The notes under the pieces are model-generated. The model saw only the letters and a list, made by a program, of their open reading frames with translations, ran no database searches and had not been told where the DNA came from. Shown here in pieces: positions 9,033 through 17,865 of a stretch of DNA of 32,000 nucleotides; within the stretch, counting starts at the first letter, position 1, and every line of letters starts with the position of its first letter. Made by a program: the position numbers and the translations under genes. The stretch comes from Synechocystis sp. PCC 6803 substr. PCC-P (GTDB lineage Bacteria; Cyanobacteriota; Cyanobacteriia; Cyanobacteriales; Microcystaceae). The stretch is from assembly GCF_000284455.1 (NCBI RefSeq), contig NC_017039.1, positions 1,680,001 through 1,712,000 on the forward strand. The letters run 5' to 3'.

Positions 9033-9962
9033 ATGCGGATTTTGGTTACCGGGGGAGCAGGATTTATCGGTTCCCATCTTATTGATCGCTTGATGGCCCA
9101 GGGCCACGAGGTTCTATGCCTCGATAACTTTTACACCGGCACCAAACGCAACATCGTCCAATGGTTAGATAATCCCAATTTTGAGCTCATCCGCCATGAC
9201 GTTACCGAGCCCATTCGCTTGGAAGTCGACCAGGTTTACCATTTAGCCTGCCCCGCTTCCCCCGTCCATTATCAGTTCAATCCCGTCAAAACCATCAAAA
9301 CTAATGTGATGGGCACTTTATACATGTTGGGTTTGGCTAAGCGGGTCGGAGCAAGGTTTTTGTTGGCATCCACCTCGGAAGTGTATGGCGATCCCGATGT
9401 TCATCCCCAACCGGAAAGCTACCGGGGCAATGTTAATACAATTGGTCCAAGAGCCTGTTACGACGAAGGAAAACGGGTAGCGGAAACCCTGGCTTTTGAG
9501 TATTACCGAGAGCACAAGGTTGATATCAGAGTAGCGCGGATATTCAATACCTATGGACCACGTATGTTGGAAAACGATGGTCGGGTGGTGAGTAACTTTA
9601 TTGTGCAGGCGCTACAGGGTAAACCCCTCACTGTGTTTGGCGACGGCTCCCAAACCCGCAGTTTTTGTTACGTATCCGACTTAGTGGAAGGCCTAATGCG
9701 CCTCATGAATGGGGATTACGTCGGGCCGGTTAATTTGGGTAATCCGGGGGAATATACCATATTGCAACTGGCAGAAAAAATCCAGAATGCCATTAACCCC
9801 GATGCAGAGTTAATTTATCAACCCTTACCGGAGGATGATCCCAAACAGCGGCAACCGGATATTACGTTGGCGAAAACTTATTTAGACTGGCAACCGACCA
9901 TTCCCCTAGATCAAGGTTTGGCAATGACTATCGAAGATTTCAAATCTCGCCACGAAGGATGA
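9033..9962 (+). CDS. UDP-glucuronate decarboxylase (UDP-xylose synthase)-type extended SDR, often annotated as dTDP-glucose 4,6-dehydratase
   Basis: Contains [21 protein letters not shown] (YxxxK) and [24 protein letters not shown], which is very UXS-like. The ORF is open from 8976, but ATG 9033 directly precedes the Rossmann fold. Confidence 0.85.
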   Translation: MRILVTGGAGFIGSHLIDRLMAQGHEVLCLDNFYTGTKRNIVQWLDNPNFELIRHDVTEPIRLEVDQVYHLACPASPVHYQFNPVKTIKTNVMGTLYMLGLAKRVGARFLLASTSEVYGDPDVHPQPESYRGNVNTIGPRACYDEGKRVAETLAFEYYREHKVDIRVARIFNTYGPRMLENDGRVVSNFIVQALQGKPLTVFGDGSQTRSFCYVSDLVEGLMRLMNGDYVGPVNLGNPGEYTILQLAEKIQNAINPDAELIYQPLPEDDPKQRQPDITLAKTYLDWQPTIPLDQGLAMTIEDFKSRHEG

Positions 9963-10470
9963 TTAATCACGACCGCCTCTTTAAGGAACTTTTGACAATT
10001 TTTTTTGCAGAGTTCCTTTAGCAAAAGTTCAGATTGCTCCCCCCGACCGCGTCAAAGTTAAGGCTGAATGTTTGCGACTATTGGTAACCCTCAAGCTAGA
10101 TCCGGCTAGAATGCAATTAATCTCTGGCTTTGTGGACACCTATCTCACCCTTAACCAAGCGGAAGAGACAATTTTTAAAGAAGCTATCGCTGAATTTTCC
10201 CCCCTGGAACAGGAGGACGTTATGCAGTTAACAACCAGTTGGATGCTTCAGGGCATTGAACAGGGCATCGAACGTGGACAAAAATCTCTGCTACTCAAAC
10301 AAATTAGACATCGTTTTGGAGAGTTGAATGCAGTTAATTTGTCGAGGATTGACATTCTCACAGTGCCTCAATTGGAACAGTTGGGAGAAGTGCTGTTGGA
10401 CTGCTCTGATTTCGCAGAATTAGAACAATGGCTAGCGGCCCAATCTGAAACACCTGAGCGAAAAATTTAG
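9959..10470 (+). pseudogene. internally deleted Rpn/YhgA-like putative nuclease-transposase gene. It keeps the N-terminal 19 codons and the C-terminal DUF4351 part but lacks the nuclease core.
   Basis: ATG 9959 overlaps the upstream TGA (ATGA) and gives [20 protein letters not shown], with the stop at 10019-10021. A different frame from 10021 reads AKVQIAPPDRVKVKAECLRLLVTLKLDPARMQLISGFVDTYL...RHRFGEL...LEQLGEVLLDCSDFAELEQWL, the typical family C-terminus. Confidence 0.6.
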
Positions 10471-10520
10471 TGAATTTCCAGAGGTGGATGTTGCCATGAA
10501 TGTTCCCAAAGAATCAGGTT

Positions 10521-11360
10521 TCAACCATCGGCTTCCAATTCCAAACTGAGTTGATAAAGTTGCCGACGGGGCAGTTTAGTTTCTTCTGCCAATTGCCGAC
10601 TAGCCTGGGAGCGAGTTAACCCTTTAGCCATTAAACTTCTCAATTCGTCCCGTAGATTTTCTTCAGAGAAGCTGGGCCTGTCCTCCGGTGTAGCCCCGGC
10701 AATGACTAAGCAAAATTCTCCTTTCGGTGTATTTTCCGTAAAGTAGGCGATCGCCGTTTGGAGAGTGCCCCGCCAAAATTGCTCATGGTATTTAGTTAGT
10801 TCTCTAGCTACGGTTAAGCTGCGTTCTTGGCCCAAAAAGGTCTGTAAATCGGTCAACGTGGCCAATAAACGGTGGGGCGCTTCGTAGAGAATAATGGTTC
10901 GCTCTTCCTGGGCCAGACTTTGCAACAATTGCTGTCGAGGCCGGTTTTTGGTAGAGAGAAAACCTTCAAACACAAAGCGGTCAGTGGCTAAACCAGAACT
11001 AATTAAAGCCGCAATTAAAGCCGTTGCCCCAGGAATAGGTATCACTTCAATATTTGCTTCTCCGCAGGCCGCCACCAACTCCTGTCCTGGATCGGAAATA
11101 CCGGGAGTGCCCGCATCACTCACCAAAGCAATATTTTGCCCCGCTTGTAATTTGGCCAATAGCTCCTGGGTACGGCCATGGCGATTGTGGTCATGGTAAC
11201 TAATTTGGGGCGTAGTGATTTGGAAATGTTGTAGTAATTTCCCCGTATGTCTGGTATCTTCCGCCGCAATCAGATCCACCGTTTGCAATGTTTCCACTGC
11301 CCGAGGAGTCATATCCCCTAAATTGCCAATGGGAGTGGCCACCAAATAAAGAATGCCCAT
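10521..11360 (-). CDS. rsmI: 16S rRNA (cytidine1402-2'-O)-methyltransferase (tetrapyrrole-methylase fold)
   Basis: Contains GILYLVATPIGNLGDMTPRAVETL and AEDTRHTGKLL. The protein is 279 aa. Confidence 0.9.
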   Translation of the reverse strand: MGILYLVATPIGNLGDMTPRAVETLQTVDLIAAEDTRHTGKLLQHFQITTPQISYHDHNRHGRTQELLAKLQAGQNIALVSDAGTPGISDPGQELVAACGEANIEVIPIPGATALIAALISSGLATDRFVFEGFLSTKNRPRQQLLQSLAQEERTIILYEAPHRLLATLTDLQTFLGQERSLTVARELTKYHEQFWRGTLQTAIAYFTENTPKGEFCLVIAGATPEDRPSFSEENLRDELRSLMAKGLTRSQASRQLAEETKLPRRQLYQLSLELEADG

Positions 11361-11596
11361 TAAAGCCCCAAGTTTTCTTCTTTTCTAGCTTTAAAGGAAG
11401 CCCTTAACCAGATGGTGCCGGAAATGAGGGAAGGAGCTAAGACAAAAATAGTGCCGGTAATAATGGGATGTTGTCTGGCGGTTTCCGAGGAAAGCATCAC
11501 CGCCAAAATGAAGGCGCAATAGAGCACGCCTAGCAGGGGGATTCCCATTACCAAGAGGGCAAATTTCGTATCCTTATCCATGGCCATAGGAGTCAA
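11360..11596 (-). CDS. small membrane protein (two predicted TM helices); start uncertain (TTG 11596, ATG 11587 or 11581)
   Basis: Two hydrophobic stretches are present. Its stop overlaps the rsmI start (TAATG), suggesting translational coupling. Confidence 0.45.
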   Translation of the reverse strand: MTPMAMDKDTKFALLVMGIPLLGVLYCAFILAVMLSSETARQHPIITGTIFVLAPSLISGTIWLRASFKARKEENLGL

Positions 11597-11654
11597 AGTC
11601 TTGAAAGAAAACTAGCAATAATGCCATTGTAGAAACTATTTTCCCTCGCAATAC

Positions 11655-12566
11655 TTAAAACATTCCTTCGTTTACGTCAACTTGTACTAACTTTGTCACC
11701 GAATCTAATAGGTTTGGCTGGTTAGCATCAAACCAGTGGATTGCCGAATCTTTGCGGAACCAAGTGCGCTGACGTTTGGCAAATTGCCTGGTGTGGACAA
11801 TGATGGACTCCGTCGCTTGAGTTAACGATATTTGACCTTGGAGATATTGTTTAATCTCAGCGTAACCAAGGGTATGGAGCAGGGGTAGGTCTTCCCCATA
11901 CTGATTGATTAAACCCTCAACTTCCTTCACTAACCCCGCCTCAACCATGGCATGGGTACGGTGAACAATTCTGGGTTGGAGTTGCTCCGGTTCCAGACCT
12001 AAACCGATTTGCACAATGGGATAACTGGGGGGATTTTCCCCTTGTAGGCTGGAAATGGGTCGCCCAGTGGCATAGAAAACTTCCAAAGCCCGCAGGGTCC
12101 GCACCACGTCAGCGGGTTCAATTTTGCTTTGGGCTACGGGGTCCACTTGACTTAAAAGTTGATAACAAAAGGGTTGGCCGAGGTTAGCTAACTGTTCACG
12201 TAAATTGGTCTGGGGTGGAACAGCAGGAATTTTTAACCCCTTGACGATCGCCTGGATGTATAAACCAGTGCCGCCTACCAGCAGAATCGGTTGGTTTAAT
12301 GACGCAATCAACTCCTGGGCTTGCCGTTGGTATTCCGCTAGGGTGAAGTTTTCCGTTGGTTCACAAATGTCAATCAGATAATGGGGTACCGTTTGGCGAT
12401 CGCCAAGGGTGGGTTTAGCGGTGCCAATGTCCAATTCTTTATAAATTTGCCTGGAATCGGCCCCCAAAATAACTGCGTTTAACCGCTGGGCTAGATCAAG
12501 GGCTAGTTGGGATTTCCCACTGGCGGTGGTGCCACAAATAACAATCAGGGGCGGAACTTTGGCCAT
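11655..12566 (-). CDS. miaA: tRNA dimethylallyltransferase (i6A37)
   Basis: Contains P-loop CGTTASGKS and DSRQIYKELDIGTAKP. Confidence 0.95.
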   Translation of the reverse strand: MAKVPPLIVICGTTASGKSQLALDLAQRLNAVILGADSRQIYKELDIGTAKPTLGDRQTVPHYLIDICEPTENFTLAEYQRQAQELIASLNQPILLVGGTGLYIQAIVKGLKIPAVPPQTNLREQLANLGQPFCYQLLSQVDPVAQSKIEPADVVRTLRALEVFYATGRPISSLQGENPPSYPIVQIGLGLEPEQLQPRIVHRTHAMVEAGLVKEVEGLINQYGEDLPLLHTLGYAEIKQYLQGQISLTQATESIIVHTRQFAKRQRTWFRKDSAIHWFDANQPNLLDSVTKLVQVDVNEGMF

Positions 12567-12573
12567 GGGTACA

Positions 12574-13689
12574 CTACTGGGCCAAAAGGCGATCGAGATC
12601 CGGCACAGCCACCCAGTGCTTTTCTTGATGGGCTTGCTTGGTCAAATCCATTAATAGTTGGGAGTAAACCCCATGGCGCAAAGATGGTGTGGGGGTTCTT
12701 TTTTGGTTAATACTTTGCACCCACTCATCTACTACCCGGACAACGGGAGCAAGGCGGCCATCGGCAAATACTTTGGGGAAATCTAAACGGGTCGGCACCG
12801 TCAATTCCTGCATGGGTTGCCCCACAGGATGGTGGAAAATTCTAAAGCCATGGACGTAATCTTTAAGATTGTCACTGCCTAGTACTAAACTCCCCTTTTC
12901 ACCATAAATCTCCAACCAATGGCCGCGACCACCATGGGCTACAGAGGTAATATTTATTTGGCAGGGAACGTCATTGGCCAAAGTTAAACTGATTAGCGCC
13001 GTATCTTCCGCCGTCACTGGCTTCAAACGATTATTGTCCAGGGGATCAGGCCGTTCGGCGATCGCCACACTTAAATTAGCTGCTAAACTCTGAGCCGGGC
13101 CAAATAGCCAATGGAGATAGTCAAAGGTATGGGAAGCCAACGCCCCCAAAGCACCGCCCCCCTTTTCCCTTTGGGCATACCAATTCCAAGCCCGGTTGGG
13201 GTTGGCCCTACTACCCACCAACCAATCCACTTTGATCAGTTTCAACTGCCCTAAAATTCCCTGCCCCAAAAGTTCCGCCACATATTGCCAAGCAGGGACA
13301 AAACGAAATTCAAAATCCGGTATTACCTGCACTTCCCGTTGCCGGGCCAGATGGTATAGTTCAATGGTTTCCTCCACCCTTAATGTCATGGGCTTTTCCA
13401 ACAACACATGTTTCCCCGCCAAAATGGCCTGCTTAGCCATTTCATAATGGAGAAACGGTGGGCTGGCAATGGTAACTGCTTGAACTTCCGGGTTAGCCAG
13501 CAATTCTTCCAGATTGTTGTAGCTATAGGCTAGATCGTTGGATTTAGCCACCTCCTGGGCTTTAGCCAAATCCCGATGGTAAATGGCGATCGCCTGGGTC
13601 TGCTGATGATATTGCAGGGCGGGAATATGCACAGCTTGGCCAAAGCCGGTACCAATGACAGCGACGGTTAGGTTTGGGGATTTAGTCAT
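12574..13689 (-). CDS. Gfo/Idh/MocA-family NAD(P)-dependent oxidoreductase
   Basis: VAVIGTGFGQAVH Rossmann start and an LLEKPM motif. It ends 7 nt upstream of the miaA start, so the two are probably co-transcribed. Confidence 0.85.
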   Translation of the reverse strand: MTKSPNLTVAVIGTGFGQAVHIPALQYHQQTQAIAIYHRDLAKAQEVAKSNDLAYSYNNLEELLANPEVQAVTIASPPFLHYEMAKQAILAGKHVLLEKPMTLRVEETIELYHLARQREVQVIPDFEFRFVPAWQYVAELLGQGILGQLKLIKVDWLVGSRANPNRAWNWYAQREKGGGALGALASHTFDYLHWLFGPAQSLAANLSVAIAERPDPLDNNRLKPVTAEDTALISLTLANDVPCQINITSVAHGGRGHWLEIYGEKGSLVLGSDNLKDYVHGFRIFHHPVGQPMQELTVPTRLDFPKVFADGRLAPVVRVVDEWVQSINQKRTPTPSLRHGVYSQLLMDLTKQAHQEKHWVAVPDLDRLLAQ

Positions 13690-13744
13690 GGGTAATGCTC
13701 AAAGTTTGAAGGGGACAGAGAAACAGATTTTAATTTGCTGAATT

Positions 13745-14539
13745 TCAACTATCCGATGTTATTTTTTCTGAGCCACCAACAACAAAGGTATGCTTCCCAG
13801 AAGATGCGATTTTAATTAAGGTTTCTAGATACTGCAGGAACTTAATATTTTGATCATCTCCTATTAATTGGGAAGCATTTTTTAACGCCCTAGCGGTGGC
13901 AACTGCTGTGCGGGCATTTTCCAAATCCGTTTGACCTCTAATTTTGGCTTCTAACTGAAGAGCAAAAAGAGTTTGGATATTTTTGGGAAAAGTAATATCC
14001 CTTAATTTCATTGCTTCAATCATAACCCCAAATTTTTGGGCTGATTCTTGCAATTCATCCGGAATATTGGGGATGAAAGCTTCCCATTGCTCATTAAGCT
14101 CAAGGCTGTTAATTACACTAATAGCACTACGCCAATAAATTTGGGTTAGAGGATGAATCAGAGTTTGAATCATACTTGCTAGCCCTTCGATGTATCCCAT
14201 TTGGGCAGGATCAATATAGGTCAACAATTTCTGACCGTCTGTAATTCTATAATTGACAATGTAAGAAAAACGTAGAGGAATATTATCTTTGGTTAATACT
14301 TCTTGATTTGTAACAATAAAGAACTGGTCAGAACGGGGAATCAGGAAAAGTTCCAATTCTGAGCGAAAATCCCAAAAGGAGTAAATACCCGGTTCTAAAG
14401 TTTTTTCAAAGCAATTTTTTCTATACAAAAGCCCAAGGCAATTAGGACGAACGGAGAAACGACGACACCAAATTAGACTGCGGGATTCAGTTCTCGGATT
14501 GAGCCCTAAAAGGTTTTGATAGCGAGCTTGTCGTGCCAT
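13745..14539 (-). CDS. SPFH/band-7 (stomatin-prohibitin-like) domain protein without an N-terminal TM helix
   Basis: SPFH-like core: LGLLYRKNCFEKTLEPGIYSFWDF ... VLTKDNIPLRFSYIVNYRI ... DITFPKNIQTLFALQLEAKIRGQTDLENARTAVATARAL. ATG 14539 is preferred, though the ORF is open to TTG 14611. From memory this may be the Synechocystis Phb4 protein. Confidence 0.75.
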   Translation of the reverse strand: MARQARYQNLLGLNPRTESRSLIWCRRFSVRPNCLGLLYRKNCFEKTLEPGIYSFWDFRSELELFLIPRSDQFFIVTNQEVLTKDNIPLRFSYIVNYRITDGQKLLTYIDPAQMGYIEGLASMIQTLIHPLTQIYWRSAISVINSLELNEQWEAFIPNIPDELQESAQKFGVMIEAMKLRDITFPKNIQTLFALQLEAKIRGQTDLENARTAVATARALKNASQLIGDDQNIKFLQYLETLIKIASSGKHTFVVGGSEKITSDS

Positions 14540-14913
14540 GGAAATGATCGTTTTAGCCCCAGGCAAAGGTAAGGACAATCCCCAACTACGACGGAACAAA
14601 GGTTGAGCCAAGACTGAAAATCTTGCCGGTATCCCCCCTATTGCAGGTCTGCGTTGAGTTGAGTCTTTTACACTCGATCGCCAGCTTCGCCTGGGTATTT
14701 TTTATGGAGTAGGTTAACAACCCACGATGTTTGGAGACTTACCCCGCAATACCCTGTCTGAATGTAAGTCCCCGAGGTAAAGTACCTATGGCGGCAGGTG
14801 ACGGTTGCTGACATTCCATCCTACAACGCCCCTTTGCAATGATCTACTCAAACTTGGCATTTAAAAATGGAAAGTCATACCCGCCAGCAAAAAAATTACA
14901 ATCGTTTATTTAA

Positions 14914-15825
14914 TTATTTAATGGCCGCCAAATCAGCTTTGTCCTGCTCAATGACAGACTTTAAACGAGAAACGGCGGTGGAACGGGAATCTTCTCCAGC
15001 TCGACGGTAGAAATATAAAGCTGGAGCAACCCCCAATAAAAAGCCGAGGAAAATGGGAGGATAAATGTGGGCTCCAATGCTCATCACCATGGCAAAGCCA
15101 AAATTGCCCAGATACATAGCCAAGGGTAGGGAAAAGTCCGCTTCGGGAATTTCAACTTTATTGACCCGCCAAATGATGGTGGCCACCGTCATAAATATCG
15201 CCCCGGTGCAAAACCAACCGGCAAAGTTTTGGTAGGGCATGCCGAAAAAGGCCCCGGGTACATCCCAGACCCAAAAGGGCATGGTGGTTTGGCTCATGGC
15301 GGGGTCCAAAACAAAATCCCAGGACATCAACAAAGTCGCCCCCACGGCGATCGCCGTCAATTCTTGCCCTAGGCGGGGTAAATTGCTATGACGTAAACCG
15401 GCTCTGACCAAAAGATAGGAGCAAAATCCTAGGTAAAACCAGGAAAGGGGAATGGTAAAGGGGACTAAACCGGCGATTTTGTAGCCCAATCCCGATAGAT
15501 AGCGGTAGTAACCAAAGGGAAAACCAGTGCTGGTCCCCAATAATTCAGCAGAAACGGAAATACCCAGGGCGGGAATCAAAAATCCGAGGGTAGGCAAAAG
15601 CCCCAGGGTGCGGAATGCATAAACAGCCACAGCGGCAAAGCCCAGCAGCATGTAGGCCACGCCACCACCAGCCATAGACCATTGAAAAGCGACTTGGCCA
15701 ATGGGAGGCAAATGGGCGATGAATTCCGGGTGGGGTAATACTAGTAATAACCCCGCCAAGCCAAAAGCCATGGAGCCGATATGGCCAATCAGCAATAGCC
15801 GCTCAATCCGCATTAGTTTTTCCAT
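14914..15825 (-). CDS. cruF: polytopic membrane protein of the carotenoid-biosynthesis (CruF / DUF422) family, a putative carotenoid 1',2'-hydratase
   Basis: About 8 hydrophobic helices over 303 aa. The family assignment rests on my recollection of cyanobacterial CruF homologues, not on a catalytic motif I can verify. Confidence 0.55.
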   Translation of the reverse strand: MEKLMRIERLLLIGHIGSMAFGLAGLLLVLPHPEFIAHLPPIGQVAFQWSMAGGGVAYMLLGFAAVAVYAFRTLGLLPTLGFLIPALGISVSAELLGTSTGFPFGYYRYLSGLGYKIAGLVPFTIPLSWFYLGFCSYLLVRAGLRHSNLPRLGQELTAIAVGATLLMSWDFVLDPAMSQTTMPFWVWDVPGAFFGMPYQNFAGWFCTGAIFMTVATIIWRVNKVEIPEADFSLPLAMYLGNFGFAMVMSIGAHIYPPIFLGFLLGVAPALYFYRRAGEDSRSTAVSRLKSVIEQDKADLAAIK

Positions 15826-16038
15826 TCAGTCTCTACCGCTAAAACTACATTCAAATTCTAAGTCATTATAGTTTACAAATCTTTACCAGGAGCGGTGGGT
15901 TAATTGATGGTGGGCCACTGGAAAGGATGTTTAAAAGGTCTGGATTTATCCTCTAAATTCCCCAAGGTTGAGGGACTTTAACTTAAATTCACCTTAAATT
16001 TTGAGGAATCGAGGGGCCTCCCCAACTTCCCCTAAGCT

Positions 16039-16941
16039 CTATTGGCGAGTCCCAGGTGGCACGGTGGGCCAGCCGCTTTTCAGAGGTGTTGTGGGAGTTT
16101 GTTTAAACTCATCCAGGGCCGGATTCGGTAATTCCCCTGGGGTAAGGGATTTTTGACTTTCCAGCCAAGCTTGGTAGTCGGACAAAGATTGCACCACCAC
16201 GGGAGCTGTCATGACGGCAAAGTAGGTGCCGCTAAATTGAGAGTCGTGGAGCTTATATTCCCCCAAACGATTGGGCGTAAAACTAAATTCAATTTCTCGG
16301 TTGGGCACAATGTCCTGTTTAATGCGGAAATTAGGCACGTAAAACCCATGGAGCACATCTTTGGAGGTCATATTCAATGTTACCCGGCGATCGAGGGGCA
16401 AATGCAATTCATGGCTAGTTACCCCCCCATTGGGATAGGTGAAAGTCCACAGCCATTGTTTAACTTCTACGCCAATCCTTTCGGGGTTAATATTGCTTCC
16501 TTGGGCCATGGCTAGTTCCGCTGGAGCATCGGCGGCGATCGCCTTTTCCCCCAGTAATTGAGGCACTTCCACCACGGGTAAGGGGCCGAGCACATTCATT
16601 CGTTGGTAAATGACATAGCTATACCAAGCAATCCAGGTCACCAAAATAATCGGCACCACTGTCCAAAAAATTTCCAAACGGGCATTACCCCGGATCGGTG
16701 CCCCCTGGGGATTCTGCAGGCTGAATCGATGGAAAATAACCGAGTATGCCATGGCCCCCGCCACTCCCAAAAAGACCACGCTACCAAGGCTGACCAAAAA
16801 ACTAAACAAATCCCCCACAGGTTGTGCCTCCTGGGCGGCGGCAGGGGGTAGCCATTGGTAAGCTCGCTGTCCCAACCACAGACTAGCTCCCACGGTAAAA
16901 ACAATGTAAACCGCCAATAGGATGAGATTTTTGCGACTCAT
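16039..16941 (-). CDS. ctaCII: haem-copper oxidase subunit II paralogue lacking the CuA site (ARTO-type CtaCII)
   Basis: Two N-terminal TM helices, then a cupredoxin domain with DVLHGFYVPNFRIKQD. The CuA loop reads HDSQFSGTYFAVM where CxExCGxxHxxM is expected. Confidence 0.88.
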   Translation of the reverse strand: MSRKNLILLAVYIVFTVGASLWLGQRAYQWLPPAAAQEAQPVGDLFSFLVSLGSVVFLGVAGAMAYSVIFHRFSLQNPQGAPIRGNARLEIFWTVVPIILVTWIAWYSYVIYQRMNVLGPLPVVEVPQLLGEKAIAADAPAELAMAQGSNINPERIGVEVKQWLWTFTYPNGGVTSHELHLPLDRRVTLNMTSKDVLHGFYVPNFRIKQDIVPNREIEFSFTPNRLGEYKLHDSQFSGTYFAVMTAPVVVQSLSDYQAWLESQKSLTPGELPNPALDEFKQTPTTPLKSGWPTVPPGTRQ

Positions 16942-17011
16942 AGTTAATCACTCTGGTTAGCCGTGGTCTAATGGGGAAGCTAGATTAGCTTAGTCTGCCA
17001 AAGGCAGAAAT

Positions 17012-17794
17012 TTGGTTGCTGTGGAAACATCAAAGCCGGGTTGTGGTTTAGCCCTGGATAATGACAAGCAAAAACCTTGGTTAGGCCTAATGATAGGCAA
17101 CTCCCGTCTGCACTGGGCATATTGTAGCGGCAATGCTCCCCTGCAAACCTGGGTTACAGATTACAACCCCAAGTCAGCTCAGTTGCCGGTTTTGTTGGGG
17201 AAAGTTCCTCTGATGTTGGCATCGGTGGTACCGGAACAAACCGAAGTTTGGCGAGTATATCAGCCTAAAATTTTGACCCTGAAGAATCTTCCCCTGGTCA
17301 ATCTTTACCCCAGCTTTGGCATTGACCGGGCCCTGGCTGGTTTAGGGACGGGGCTGACCTACGGCTTTCCCTGTCTAGTGGTTGATGGAGGCACTGCTTT
17401 GACCATTACAGGGTTTGACCAAGATAAAAAACTGGTGGGGGGAGCGATCTTGCCCGGTTTGGGATTGCAGTTAGCAACCCTTGGCGATCGCCTGGCGGCC
17501 CTACCGAAGTTAGAAATGGATCAATTAACCGAGTTGCCTGACCGTTGGGCTTTAGATACCCCCAGCGCCATTTTTAGTGGTGTTGTCTATGGCGTGTTGG
17601 GGGCATTGCAGAGTTATCTCCAGGATTGGCAAAAGCTTTTTCCTGGTGCCGCCATGGTTATCACCGGGGGAGACGGCAAGATATTACATGGCTTCCTAAA
17701 AGAGCATTCTCCTAATCTTTCGGTGGCCTGGGATGACAATTTGATCTTCCTCGGTATGGCGGCCATACACCACGGCGATCGCCCCATCTGTTAG
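17012..17794 (+). CDS. coaX: type III pantothenate kinase
   Basis: Contains LMIGNSRLHW, IDRALAGLG, VVDGGTALT and ITGGDG. No ATG lies upstream of the first motif, so the start must be TTG 17012 or GTG 17021. Confidence 0.85.
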   Translation: MVAVETSKPGCGLALDNDKQKPWLGLMIGNSRLHWAYCSGNAPLQTWVTDYNPKSAQLPVLLGKVPLMLASVVPEQTEVWRVYQPKILTLKNLPLVNLYPSFGIDRALAGLGTGLTYGFPCLVVDGGTALTITGFDQDKKLVGGAILPGLGLQLATLGDRLAALPKLEMDQLTELPDRWALDTPSAIFSGVVYGVLGALQSYLQDWQKLFPGAAMVITGGDGKILHGFLKEHSPNLSVAWDDNLIFLGMAAIHHGDRPIC

Positions 17795-17865
17795 GGTTAG
17801 GGGTCGGCATTGTTATAGCTACGGGAGGTTAAATCGGGGTGAATCTTGGCCAATGGGGGGAAATT

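Noticed and set aside
13745-14611. SPFH gene as part of an anti-phage or stress-response module
   Set aside because: No partner genes (NfeD, protease, nuclease or ATPase) are adjacent. The flanks are housekeeping genes, so only the compositional anomaly is reported.
16153-16904. ORFs 16153..16515(+), 16603..16851(+) and 16638..16904(-) overlapping ctaCII
   Set aside because: They are alternative-frame or antisense shadows of a well-supported cupredoxin-domain gene, and no motifs are present.
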